A DNA stretch of 24,000 bases from Angelakisella sp. Its GTDB lineage: Bacteria; Bacillota; Clostridia; Oscillospirales; Ruminococcaceae. Positions within the stretch are counted from its first letter, which is position 1; each line of letters opens with the position of its first letter. The position numbers and the translations under genes are program-made. Shown piece by piece: positions 14,902 through 21,812 of the stretch. The notes under the pieces are model-generated. The model was not told where the DNA came from and searched no databases. It was given only the letters and a program-made list of their open reading frames with translations. The stretch is from assembly GCA_020024555.1 (NCBI GenBank), contig JAHHTQ010000001.1, positions 7,333 to 31,332 of the forward strand, read 5' to 3'.

Positions 14902-15579
14902 ATGTTAAATATCGGTATGATAGTTGCGGTAGAAATACAATCAGTAATAAAGAAATATTCAGATAACATTGAAGAAATACATATTTCAGGTTATGATGTC
15001 AAGAAGGTTATTACAGATAAATATAATTTGTTTATTGTACGTTCAGGCGCCGGTGAAATAGCGGCGGCGGCAACAACACAATTTTTAATAACAAATTTCG
15101 GTGTTGAGTATATAGTAAATTTTGGTGTTGTAGGTGGGCTTACAGAAGAAATGTCTACAACAAAGACTTGTATAGTAGAAAAAGTAGTTCACTATGATTT
15201 TGATACGTCAACTGTTGACAACTGTGAAGTAGGCAGATATATAGATTATCCAAGCGTTTATTTGCCAACATCAACAGAGCTTATGGAAAAAGCGCTTGCT
15301 GTGTGTCCGACACTTAAAAAAGTAATATGCGCATCGGGTGATAAATTTATAGCCGACAGAGCGAAAAAAGAGGAGCTTAACAAGATATACAATGCTGATA
15401 TTTGTGAAATGGAAGCGGCGGCAATAGTGCTTACCTGTGACAGAAACAATGTTCCTTGTCTGCTTATAAAGTGCATATCTGACGGAATAAGCGGTGGAGC
15501 GGAAGAATTTTTGAAAGAAGTAAACAATTCAGCCGATATATGCCTTGAAATAACAGATAAAATATTAAACAGCATATAA
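14902..15579 (+). CDS. 5'-methylthioadenosine/S-adenosylhomocysteine nucleosidase family protein (PNP_UDP_1 fold)
   Basis: 225 aa with RBS AGGAG upstream. Aligns to E. coli MtnN blocks from memory: RSGAGEIAAAATT ~ KSGIGKVAAALGAT, ICEMEAAAI ~ AVEMEATAI, KCISDG ~ RAISDV. The N-terminal Glu is retained (VAVEIQ). Confidence 0.8.
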   Translation: MLNIGMIVAVEIQSVIKKYSDNIEEIHISGYDVKKVITDKYNLFIVRSGAGEIAAAATTQFLITNFGVEYIVNFGVVGGLTEEMSTTKTCIVEKVVHYDFDTSTVDNCEVGRYIDYPSVYLPTSTELMEKALAVCPTLKKVICASGDKFIADRAKKEELNKIYNADICEMEAAAIVLTCDRNNVPCLLIKCISDGISGGAEEFLKEVNNSADICLEITDKILNSI

Positions 15580-15617
15580 AATTTATATTATTGAAAGACA
15601 AATATTTAAAGCGAAAT

Positions 15618-15645
15618 TTGTCAAAAAATATTATTTTTTTATAAT
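15618..15645 (+). promoter_or_regulatory. Candidate promoter of the 116-aa membrane protein gene
   Basis: TTGTCA (15618-15623), 16-nt spacer, TATAAT (15640-15645), about 20 nt before the start codon. Confidence 0.45.
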
Positions 15646-15664
15646 AATAAAAGGGGGTAATGCT

Positions 15665-16015
15665 ATGACACGTCAAGAAATAGTAAAAGATTTATTCAAG
15701 AAAACAATTTTGCCATTCATTATTGTACTGTGTCTGTTTTTATTCTTTAAAAGTACATTTACCCAAAATGGCAATACGGAGTATTTTTATGTATGGTTAT
15801 GCTGTGGAATACCATTCGGTATTCGCCGTATGTTTGTGTGGCTTGTGCCACATGGCTATGATTTAGGAAGTACAGTAGGGATTATCGCGCTTAATTTTAT
15901 TGTCGGTGGTATAATCGGTATATTTATTTTAGCGTGGCGTCTTTGTGTTGCTGTATGGTATATTCCTTTAACAGTATATAGATTTATTAATATAAATAAA
16001 ATTTCAGAAATATAA
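15665..16015 (+). CDS. Small integral membrane protein (3 predicted TM), unknown function
   Basis: 116 aa with RBS AAGGGGG upstream. Hydrophobic segments ILPFIIVLCLFLFF, YFYVWLCCGIPFGI and VGIIALNFIVGGIIGIFILAW. I recognise no family. Confidence 0.65.
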   Translation: MTRQEIVKDLFKKTILPFIIVLCLFLFFKSTFTQNGNTEYFYVWLCCGIPFGIRRMFVWLVPHGYDLGSTVGIIALNFIVGGIIGIFILAWRLCVAVWYIPLTVYRFININKISEI

Positions 16016-16024
16016 TTAAATCAT

Positions 16025-16058
16025 AAAAACGGTATGGCTATAAAGCTATACCGTTTTT
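16025..16058. terminator. Bidirectional intrinsic terminator between convergent genes
   Basis: A5 (16025-16029), stem CGGTATGGC (16030-16038) / GCTATACCG (16045-16053) with one G-U pair, then T5 (16054-16058). Confidence 0.8.
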
Positions 16059-16066
16059 ATGATTTA

Positions 16067-16957
16067 TCATTGAATTTTATTTATTGTAAAGCTACCGCTT
16101 ACCGTTTCTGCGTCTATTTCGCTTTTGCCGTTTTTGTATATTTGTTGGTTTTTGTTGGTTGTGCCTTCAAATTGTGATGTAAACTTTCCGCTTATTGTTT
16201 CAAAATCTGCTGTAAAACCTTCATTTTCAGGAATATTTATTGTTATACTTCCGCTTACGCTATTTGTATTAATACTGTTCGGACAAATTGTGGAGTGAAT
16301 GATTGTTTTACCCGAAACACTTTTTGAATCTATCTCATTGAAAGCGCCGTTAATATCTATTTTACTGCTAACGGTTTCCACATCACAATAATTTGCATTT
16401 GTATTTACAATGTTAATGCGACCACTTACTGTTTCTACATCAAGCGTATCTGTGTTTATATCTTTAATGTTAATTGTAGGGGAAACAGTTTCAAGGTCAA
16501 GCAAAATCAGATTTTTATCTTTTGGAATTTTAACGGTTAATGTTTTATCATTAAAATTTCTGAAACCAAAGTAATAGTTTATTCTTTTATGAAAAATGAT
16601 ATGCAAATCGTTATTTTTTACTGTATACAGTAATTTATTATCATTATAAATATTACCTGTCTCGCTGATTTCTATTGTGTTTTTGTCATGCGTTTCCACG
16701 TTTACTTCGCCCTTTGTCCACTCAATATATATATTATTGATATTATCGGCGGGAATAGTTGCATCTCCTTCGTTGTAACCGGCAAAGTTGTTATTGTTAT
16801 AACTGTAATTGTGGTCATAATCATTAAAATAGTAAATTAAATCATATAAGCCATGTCCATAGCTAAACCCACGTATACCGAAAATAACAATGGACAATAA
16901 AAATACAACAAGCAGTGAGTATATAACGATTTTAGTTATAAGTAAATTTTTATTCAT
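16067..16957 (-). CDS. Membrane-anchored DUF4097 'toastrack' beta-helix repeat protein
   Basis: 296 aa with an N-terminal TM anchor (IVIYSLLVVFLLSIVIFGI). Seven roughly 20-aa repeats carry the core ETVSGxIxI: ETVSPTINI, ETVSGRINI, ETVSSKIDI, SVSGKTII, SVSGSITI, ETISGKFT, ETVSGSFTI. Start lies 2 nt after the upstream gene's stop. Confidence 0.8.
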   Translation of the reverse strand: MNKNLLITKIVIYSLLVVFLLSIVIFGIRGFSYGHGLYDLIYYFNDYDHNYSYNNNNFAGYNEGDATIPADNINNIYIEWTKGEVNVETHDKNTIEISETGNIYNDNKLLYTVKNNDLHIIFHKRINYYFGFRNFNDKTLTVKIPKDKNLILLDLETVSPTINIKDINTDTLDVETVSGRINIVNTNANYCDVETVSSKIDINGAFNEIDSKSVSGKTIIHSTICPNSINTNSVSGSITINIPENEGFTADFETISGKFTSQFEGTTNKNQQIYKNGKSEIDAETVSGSFTINKIQ

Positions 16958-16959
16958 AA

Positions 16960-17613
16960 TTATTTAGCTCCTTTTAATTGAAATAGACATTTTATAATTT
17001 CCTTTACAGCAGCCATTATCAAGAATATTACCCAAGTAATATACCAGGCATGGGTAATAAAGCTGACAACAAAGTATATTGCGATAGACAGTATAGATAC
17101 AGCGTTTGATATGGATTTATACATTTGATAGTTATTTTTGTTTACATATTGCCATTCTTTAAAGTCCTCTACCGTACTGTTGTTTTCTTTCAAATATTTT
17201 GGTTTTGTCATATCATTAAATATTAACATTGCTGTTGCAATACCTATAAATACAAACAGCAAAATAACACCCACTTCGTCTTGCAAAAATAATATAGGAA
17301 CTATACATACGATATACAAAAATATTGCAACAGAAGTAAGTATAGCGGAACGTTGTTTATATTTTTGCATTTCGGCATTATTGTTATTCTGTGAATTTTC
17401 TGAATAATCCATATTATATATCAGTTTACTTACATCGCCTATACTGTTTATTACTATTTTATAAGCTGTGCTTTCGTCTTGTCCCGCGCTTATTAGGTCT
17501 TGGAATTTGTCAAGTGAGTTTTGTGTGATTTCTTCTTTTAATTCTGCCGTTTCTTGATTGAGTTCAAAATTTTTAAAAAGGGCATCTACATAGCTTCTTA
17601 TATTGTTTTCCAT
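16960..17613 (-). CDS. HAAS/DUF1700-type membrane sensor protein (PadR partner)
   Basis: 217 aa with RBS GGAGG upstream. N-terminal soluble helical domain (YVDALFKNFELNQETAELKEEITQNSLDKFQDLISAGQDESTAYKIVINSIGDV), then four hydrophobic helices. Immediately downstream of padR. Confidence 0.7.
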   Translation of the reverse strand: MENNIRSYVDALFKNFELNQETAELKEEITQNSLDKFQDLISAGQDESTAYKIVINSIGDVSKLIYNMDYSENSQNNNNAEMQKYKQRSAILTSVAIFLYIVCIVPILFLQDEVGVILLFVFIGIATAMLIFNDMTKPKYLKENNSTVEDFKEWQYVNKNNYQMYKSISNAVSILSIAIYFVVSFITHAWYITWVIFLIMAAVKEIIKCLFQLKGAK

Positions 17614-17647
17614 TTAAATTTCCTCCATTAAGTATAATATAAATATT

Positions 17648-17983
17648 TTATTTAATCATTTCATCAATCAATTCTTTTGTAGTTTGCCATTCTTTACATA
17701 ATTGATGAAAAGTTATTTTTCCCGTTTCCGTAATGGAATAGTATTTTCTTCTTGCCCCTGTGCCTTCATCACCCCAATACGAAATAATATAGCCCATCTG
17801 TTCCAAACGTTTAAACGCTGTGTATAATGTAGCTTCTTTAAGTTCATAGGCATTGTTTGATATCCGCTGAATAGCTTTGTTTATTTCATAGCCATAACTG
17901 TCACTTTTAATTAACTGCGCAAGAATAATGGTATCCGTATGACCTCGCAATAGGTCTGCTGTTATTGACAAACAAAACACCAC
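17648..17983 (-). CDS. PadR-family winged-helix transcriptional regulator
   Basis: LLRGHTDTIILAQLIKSDSYGYEINKAIQ...LKEATLYTAFKRLEQMGYIISYWGDE..GARRKYYSITETGK is a canonical PadR sequence. The track start at 17983 is a GTG 2 nt after AGGTGG. The TTG at 17971 (8-nt spacing) is the more likely start. Confidence 0.88.
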   Translation of the reverse strand: MVFCLSITADLLRGHTDTIILAQLIKSDSYGYEINKAIQRISNNAYELKEATLYTAFKRLEQMGYIISYWGDEGTGARRKYYSITETGKITFHQLCKEWQTTKELIDEMIK

Positions 17984-17986
17984 CTT

Positions 17987-18014
17987 TCTTTATTTTTATT
18001 TTTATTTTTATTTT
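17987..18014. repeat. Hexamer tandem repeat (TTTTTA)x4 just upstream of padR
   Basis: A residues recur at 17992, 17998, 18004 and 18010, separated by T5. On the gene strand this reads (TAAAAA)n ending about 5 nt before the padR SD. Confidence 0.8.
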
Positions 18015-18294
18015 GAATTTTTTATACCCTTTTTAAAATAATATTGCCACATACGCTGTTTATATTAATATATTTTGGCAAAAATTACTTATGATGTTTG
18101 TATACTGTAAACATTGTTTGAGTTGATTTGTTTGTTAATATACTGAGTTTTGGTATTGTCTGTTTTTTAAAAGGTTATTGTATTTATCAATTAGATTTTC
18201 TGCGACTTCTCCTTTTAGTTCAAATTTTTCCGGCAATATTGTCGATATGGTTTTTGTTTTTTTATTTCATAAAATTTTCCTCCATAATTTATAT

Positions 18295-18328
18295 ACTATG
18301 TGTTTGCAAGTATATAATAACACATAGT
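18295..18328. promoter_or_regulatory. 10-bp perfect inverted repeat (operator-like) overlapping a promoter -10
   Basis: ACTATGTGTT (18295-18304), N14 spacer, AACACATAGT (18319-18328). The right arm overlaps the minus-strand -10 hexamer by one base and the predicted start site lies in the spacer. Confidence 0.5.
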
Positions 18329-18342
18329 ACCTCGCCTGTCAA
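18314..18342 (-). promoter_or_regulatory. Near-consensus sigma-A promoter (minus strand) heading the long leader toward padR
   Basis: Read on the minus strand: TTGACA (18342-18337), 17-nt spacer, TATTAT (18319-18314). Confidence 0.55.
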
Positions 18343-18386
18343 GGTATATTTGAAAATAAAATATATAATTTTATAAATTAGATAAC

Positions 18387-18421
18387 AAAAAAAGAGTAAC
18401 CCTATTAAAATAAGGTTACTC
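18387..18421 (-). terminator. Intrinsic terminator of ribU
   Basis: On the minus strand: GAGTAACC / GGTTACTC 8-bp stem (18414-18421 / 18394-18401) followed by T7 (complement of A7 at 18387-18393). Lies 13 nt after the ribU stop. Confidence 0.8.
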
Positions 18422-18433
18422 ACTGAATTTAAA

Positions 18434-19063
18434 TTATACATTTTGTGCTTTGTTTGCGGTGGTTTTGGAAAACTTGTGTGTTGAATTAATAAATACAGAT
18501 AATCTTTTGTAAACAAGCACAGTAATAAGAGACAGTATAAAACATTTAATCAAATTGAAAGGCAATACACCGAAAACAATATAAGTATTAATGCTGTCAA
18601 TGCTTGGGTTTACTTTTGTGCACATCTCGATTATTGTCTCTATCGGCGTAACTTTTGAGAAAAATGGGATAAGCATATATTTGTTTGTCAGCATACCGAT
18701 AATAACTGTTATTACAGTGCCTATTGACAATCCGATAATAGCGCCTTTTTTTGTGTGATTTCTTTTGTATGAAAATGATACGGCAATACTGAAAGCTGAC
18801 ATCATTAAAAAGTCTGCAAGTTCGCCAACACCGCCTGTGGTAGACGAAAATGCGTGTATAATGTCTTTTGTAAGCGTTACAAGGATAGCCGGTACAGCTC
18901 CGAACATAAAAGCGGTTAATATGCTTATAAATCCGCTTAAATCTAATTTAAGGAACGGTGGCATAAAAGGTAACGGAAAATCCAGATACATAACCAGTGT
19001 TGCAATAGCCGCAAACATTGCTGAGTAAGTTAATTTTTTTGTTTTTGTAAGAGTGGTATTCAT
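18434..19063 (-). CDS. ribU: ECF transporter S component for riboflavin (RibU)
   Basis: 209 aa, multi-TM, with an ECF S-component look (PPFLKLDLSGFISILTAFMFG resembles L. lactis RibU FMKVELSIIPVLIGVFTLG). An FMN riboswitch lies directly upstream. RBS GGAG upstream. Confidence 0.88.
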   Translation of the reverse strand: MNTTLTKTKKLTYSAMFAAIATLVMYLDFPLPFMPPFLKLDLSGFISILTAFMFGAVPAILVTLTKDIIHAFSSTTGGVGELADFLMMSAFSIAVSFSYKRNHTKKGAIIGLSIGTVITVIIGMLTNKYMLIPFFSKVTPIETIIEMCTKVNPSIDSINTYIVFGVLPFNLIKCFILSLITVLVYKRLSVFINSTHKFSKTTANKAQNV

Positions 19064-19187
19064 TATGTTTCTCCATTCTGTCGCCTGTTCGACACAAATT
19101 TTTTAGTGTTTAACTTGCTTATACAGGTATTTTTTTACAAGTCAAAAAAGTGTGCTTCGCAGTGAGTATGGAACAATTAACATAAAT

Positions 19188-19378
19188 AAAAAAAACCCAC
19201 AACAAATATTCATTGTGGGGCAAAATACTATAATTATACCTTGCTTCTTTCATCCGGACTATACCGTCGGTAGCGGAATATTAACCGCACTCTGCCATTA
19301 AAAATGACTCGTGGACTTGTGTAAATACAGTTTACCTTTACCACCGGTGGAGAATTTCACTCCGCCCCGAAACAACTT
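19188..19378 (-). promoter_or_regulatory. FMN riboswitch (RFN element) with terminator expression platform
   Basis: Minus-strand read: UUGUUUCGGGGCGGAGUGAAAUUCUCCACCGGUGGUAAAG...AGUCCACGAG...GCGGUUAAUAUUCCGCUACCGACGGUAUAGUCCGGAUGAAAGAA, which matches the conserved RFN core. Aptamer spans about 19245-19375. Terminator CCCCACAA/TTGTGGG plus T8 lies at 19188-19220. Confidence 0.92.
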
Positions 19379-19386
19379 CTGTTACT

Positions 19387-19415
19387 ATAATATGCTATTT
19401 TTATTTTTTTGTCAA
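19387..19415 (-). promoter_or_regulatory. Consensus-like promoter of the FMN riboswitch-ribU unit
   Basis: On the minus strand: TTGACA (19415-19410), 17-nt spacer, TATTAT (19392-19387). The -35 begins 4 nt after the stop codon of the upstream ABC-2 permease gene. Confidence 0.65.
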
Positions 19416-19418
19416 GAG

Positions 19419-20234
19419 TTATTCCAAATTTAGATGATTTTTTAAAATATATTGCATAACAAAATATAATCCTACAAGCATAACTAAGCTGATTAGTATT
19501 GATATTAAAAATATTATGATAACAGGCGTATAAATATTTTCCAATGATTCCATTTTGCTGAATAAAGCAAAATAAAATGGTGAAAGAATACTGGATAGTA
19601 TATTAAATACGGTTGTTATACCTATGTATCCTGCGACAGAACCCAAAAACTTATGTTTTTTCACTGTGTGACCGATGCAAACAGAGGCATAGAAAACCAT
19701 TATACCAAAAGGCACAGAGATTATGCCCATAATGATTAATTCAGTTATAACAATAGCATTGGAAATAGGGGCAAAAGAAAAGATTTCTTGAAATAAACCG
19801 GATATTACGTTAAATATGATATCGAAACCGGTAAATCCCGACACAAGTATAATTACTGAAAAAATTGTTGATAAACACGCAATAAAGCTCCAAATTGAAG
19901 ATACGATAATTTTCGACAGCAAAAGGTCATGTACGCTTACGGGTAATGTGTGCATAAGATAGCCTTCGTTAGAAGTCATATTTTTGTAGAACCTATTTAC
20001 CAAAAAATATATTGTTATAAAGTTTGCGCTCATCAGTATAATTACATATAAGAAAATATAAGTTGCGGCAAATATGTCGTACAAATCGGAGTTAATTATA
20101 TTCATATTGGATAATTTATCAAGAAAGACTCTGCCGCTTGTGCCAAAAGGAGCAATAAGAAGCACAAGAACATATATAACTGTAAGAATTTTGTATGTAG
20201 AACGAAATTCGTATTTAATTAATTTATTTAGCAT
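19419..20234 (-). CDS. ABC-2 type transporter permease (6 TM)
   Basis: 271 aa and highly hydrophobic. Its start overlaps the ATPase gene's 3' end by 7 nt. Third gene of the GntR-ATPase-permease operon. Confidence 0.8.
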   Translation of the reverse strand: MLNKLIKYEFRSTYKILTVIYVLVLLIAPFGTSGRVFLDKLSNMNIINSDLYDIFAATYIFLYVIILMSANFITIYFLVNRFYKNMTSNEGYLMHTLPVSVHDLLLSKIIVSSIWSFIACLSTIFSVIILVSGFTGFDIIFNVISGLFQEIFSFAPISNAIVITELIIMGIISVPFGIMVFYASVCIGHTVKKHKFLGSVAGYIGITTVFNILSSILSPFYFALFSKMESLENIYTPVIIIFLISILISLVMLVGLYFVMQYILKNHLNLE

Positions 20235-20959
20235 TTGAAAACCTCCCTAAACAGTGCGTCTATACTTTGATTATGTTCTTCCCGAATATTATCCACATCA
20301 TCGTTAAGCACGATTTTACCATATTTAATAAAAACAACTTGGTCAAGAACTTTTTCTATATCGCTGATTAAGTGTGTGGAAATTATTACAGTTGATTCAG
20401 GATTATAGTTTTTAATGATTGTATCTAATATATAGTCTCGTGAGGCGGGGTCAACGCCACCGATAGGCTCATCTAGAACGTACAGTCTTGCGTTTCTGCT
20501 CATTACCAAAATCAACTGTACTTTTTCCTGTGTGCCTTTTGACAGATGTTTTAGCTTTTGATTTTGGTCAATGCGCAGATTGTCTAACATCTGCTCGGCT
20601 CTTGCTCTGTCAAAGTCAGCGTAAAAGTCCTGAAAGAATTGTACGAGTTCATAAACTTTCATATAGTCATTAAGATAGCTTTTATCGGGTAAATAAGAAA
20701 CAAGAGCTTTTGTTTCCTTGGAAATATTCATTCCGCAAACCTGTACGCTACCGTATGTTGGTGTCAATAGTCCGGCTATTATTTTCATTAATGTTGTTTT
20801 GCCACTTCCGTTTGGTCCCAATAAACCGATGATTTTGCCTTTTTCAAAAGTTAAATCTATACTTGACAACGCTTCAAAATGAGTATAAATTTTAGTAAGC
20901 TTTTCAACTTTAAGTAAAGGTGCATTATTTGTATCAAAATTTTGCATCATTTCATTCAT
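20228..20959 (-). CDS. ABC transporter ATP-binding protein
   Basis: Walker A GPNGSGKTT, signature LSKGTQEKV, Walker B LYVLDEP, H-loop STH. The track start at 20977 is a TTG. I prefer the ATG at 20959, preceded by GAGGAGG with 9-nt spacing, which overlaps the GntR stop (ATGAATGA). Confidence 0.9.
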   Translation of the reverse strand: MNEMMQNFDTNNAPLLKVEKLTKIYTHFEALSSIDLTFEKGKIIGLLGPNGSGKTTLMKIIAGLLTPTYGSVQVCGMNISKETKALVSYLPDKSYLNDYMKVYELVQFFQDFYADFDRARAEQMLDNLRIDQNQKLKHLSKGTQEKVQLILVMSRNARLYVLDEPIGGVDPASRDYILDTIIKNYNPESTVIISTHLISDIEKVLDQVVFIKYGKIVLNDDVDNIREEHNQSIDALFREVFKC

Positions 20960-21329
20960 TTGTGTCTTCCTCCTCAATGTTTTTTTCTAAACAGGTGCGT
21001 ATTTTATTTGTGTCATACCCCAATATTTCCATTTTGCCTAAAAATCCATTTATATTTGTTGTTGCAAAGTTTTTTCGTGTTGTCGCAATAAGTTTTGTAT
21101 CGGCAGTTACCTCTCTGCCTACCGTTCGGTTTGTTATGAGTAGTCCCTGTTGTTCAAGCAAGGCAAGAGCTTTTTGCATTGTGTTTGGATTTACTTCTGC
21201 GTCTATTGCCAAATCCCGAACAGATTTTACTTTGTCACCTGATTTCCATTCACCTGAGACAATAGCTAGCTTTATTGTTTCAGCAAGTTGAATATATATG
21301 GGTGAACCGTCATTTATTTCCCATTTCAT
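20952..21329 (-). CDS. GntR-family transcriptional regulator, short YtrA-like subfamily
   Basis: 125 aa. PIYIQLAETIKLAIVSGEWKSGDKVKSVRDLAIDAEVNPNTMQKALALLEQQGLLITNRTVGREV is a GntR winged HTH, followed by a short C-terminal helical tail. RBS GGAGG upstream. Confidence 0.9.
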   Translation of the reverse strand: MKWEINDGSPIYIQLAETIKLAIVSGEWKSGDKVKSVRDLAIDAEVNPNTMQKALALLEQQGLLITNRTVGREVTADTKLIATTRKNFATTNINGFLGKMEILGYDTNKIRTCLEKNIEEEDTNE

Positions 21330-21357
21330 TTTATAACCTCCGTATCATTGTAATATT

Positions 21358-21405
21358 GTATTAATACCTTGATATAATAATACAAAAAAGAATATAGTTT
21401 GTCAA
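21358..21405 (-). promoter_or_regulatory. Promoter plus palindromic GntR-type operator of the GntR-ABC operon
   Basis: On the minus strand: TTGACA (21405-21400), 17-nt spacer, TATTAT (21382-21377). The perfect palindrome GTATTAATAC (21358-21367), of GT-N6-AC form, lies just downstream of the predicted start site. Confidence 0.55.
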
Positions 21406-21430
21406 TACTTTTTTTAAAAAAATATAAAAA

Positions 21431-21467
21431 ATACCGAAAACGGCATATTTAAAGCAATTTTCGGTAT
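21431..21467 (-). terminator. Intrinsic terminator after the DUF1540 gene
   Basis: 10-bp stem ATACCGAAAA (21431-21440) / TTTTCGGTAT (21458-21467) with a 17-nt loop. A/T runs on both sides give a U-tract for the minus-strand transcript. Confidence 0.7.
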
Positions 21468-21503
21468 TCGGTATTTTTTGGGTTTTAGATATTAATTTTG
21501 TCT

Positions 21504-21812
21504 TTATTTTGCCTTAAAGGTTTTGCAAAGGCTCTTTGTTCCGTCAAATTCAATATTCACATCATTACTTGTGCATTGACAGTGCGAGTTATACATACAG
21601 TTGCTTGCGTTACACGATATTTCAAGATTTTCGTTAGGTGTGGTAAAATTGCAACCGCAACTGTTACTTGCCTGTCCGCGTGGCATATATGAAGAACAGT
21701 TTGTACCGCAACAGTCAGTTGCGCTTGAACCGCTTACATTAATATTGGGACGACAACAGCAACCGGAACTGTTACTTGCGCAGTCACATACACTACAAGA
21801 AAGTTTACTCAT
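21504..21812 (-). CDS. Cysteine-rich protein with two DUF1540-like modules
   Basis: The track ORF extends to 21893, but AGAGG sits 7 nt before the ATG at 21812 (MSKLSC...), giving 102 aa with about 16 Cys. Both halves fit the DUF1540 pattern C-x-V/A-x-x-C...C...I-x-V/I...C-x-S/T-F/Y: CSVCDCASNSSGCCCRPNINVSG...TNCSSY and CNASNCMYNSHCQCTSNDVNIEF...SLCKTF. Confidence 0.75.
   Translation of the reverse strand: MSKLSCSVCDCASNSSGCCCRPNINVSGSSATDCCGTNCSSYMPRGQASNSCGCNFTTPNENLEISCNASNCMYNSHCQCTSNDVNIEFDGTKSLCKTFKAK

Noticed and set aside
14902-15579. Considered the PNP_UDP_1-fold protein as a nucleotide-depleting defence effector (CBASS Cap17-like or Detocs-like ATP nucleosidase).
   Set aside because: It is a stand-alone protein of MtnN length with MtnN-like catalytic blocks. 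No cyclase, sensor kinase or receiver domain gene lies nearby. Ordinary MTA/SAH nucleosidase family is the simpler call.
18128-18516. Track ORFs 18128-18376 (+, 82 aa) and 18289-18516 (-, 75 aa).
   Set aside because: Both are Phe/Ile/Leu/Tyr-rich translations of an AT-rich spacer with no SD. The second runs through the ribU terminator and 3' end. The region is better explained by promoter, operator and leader elements.
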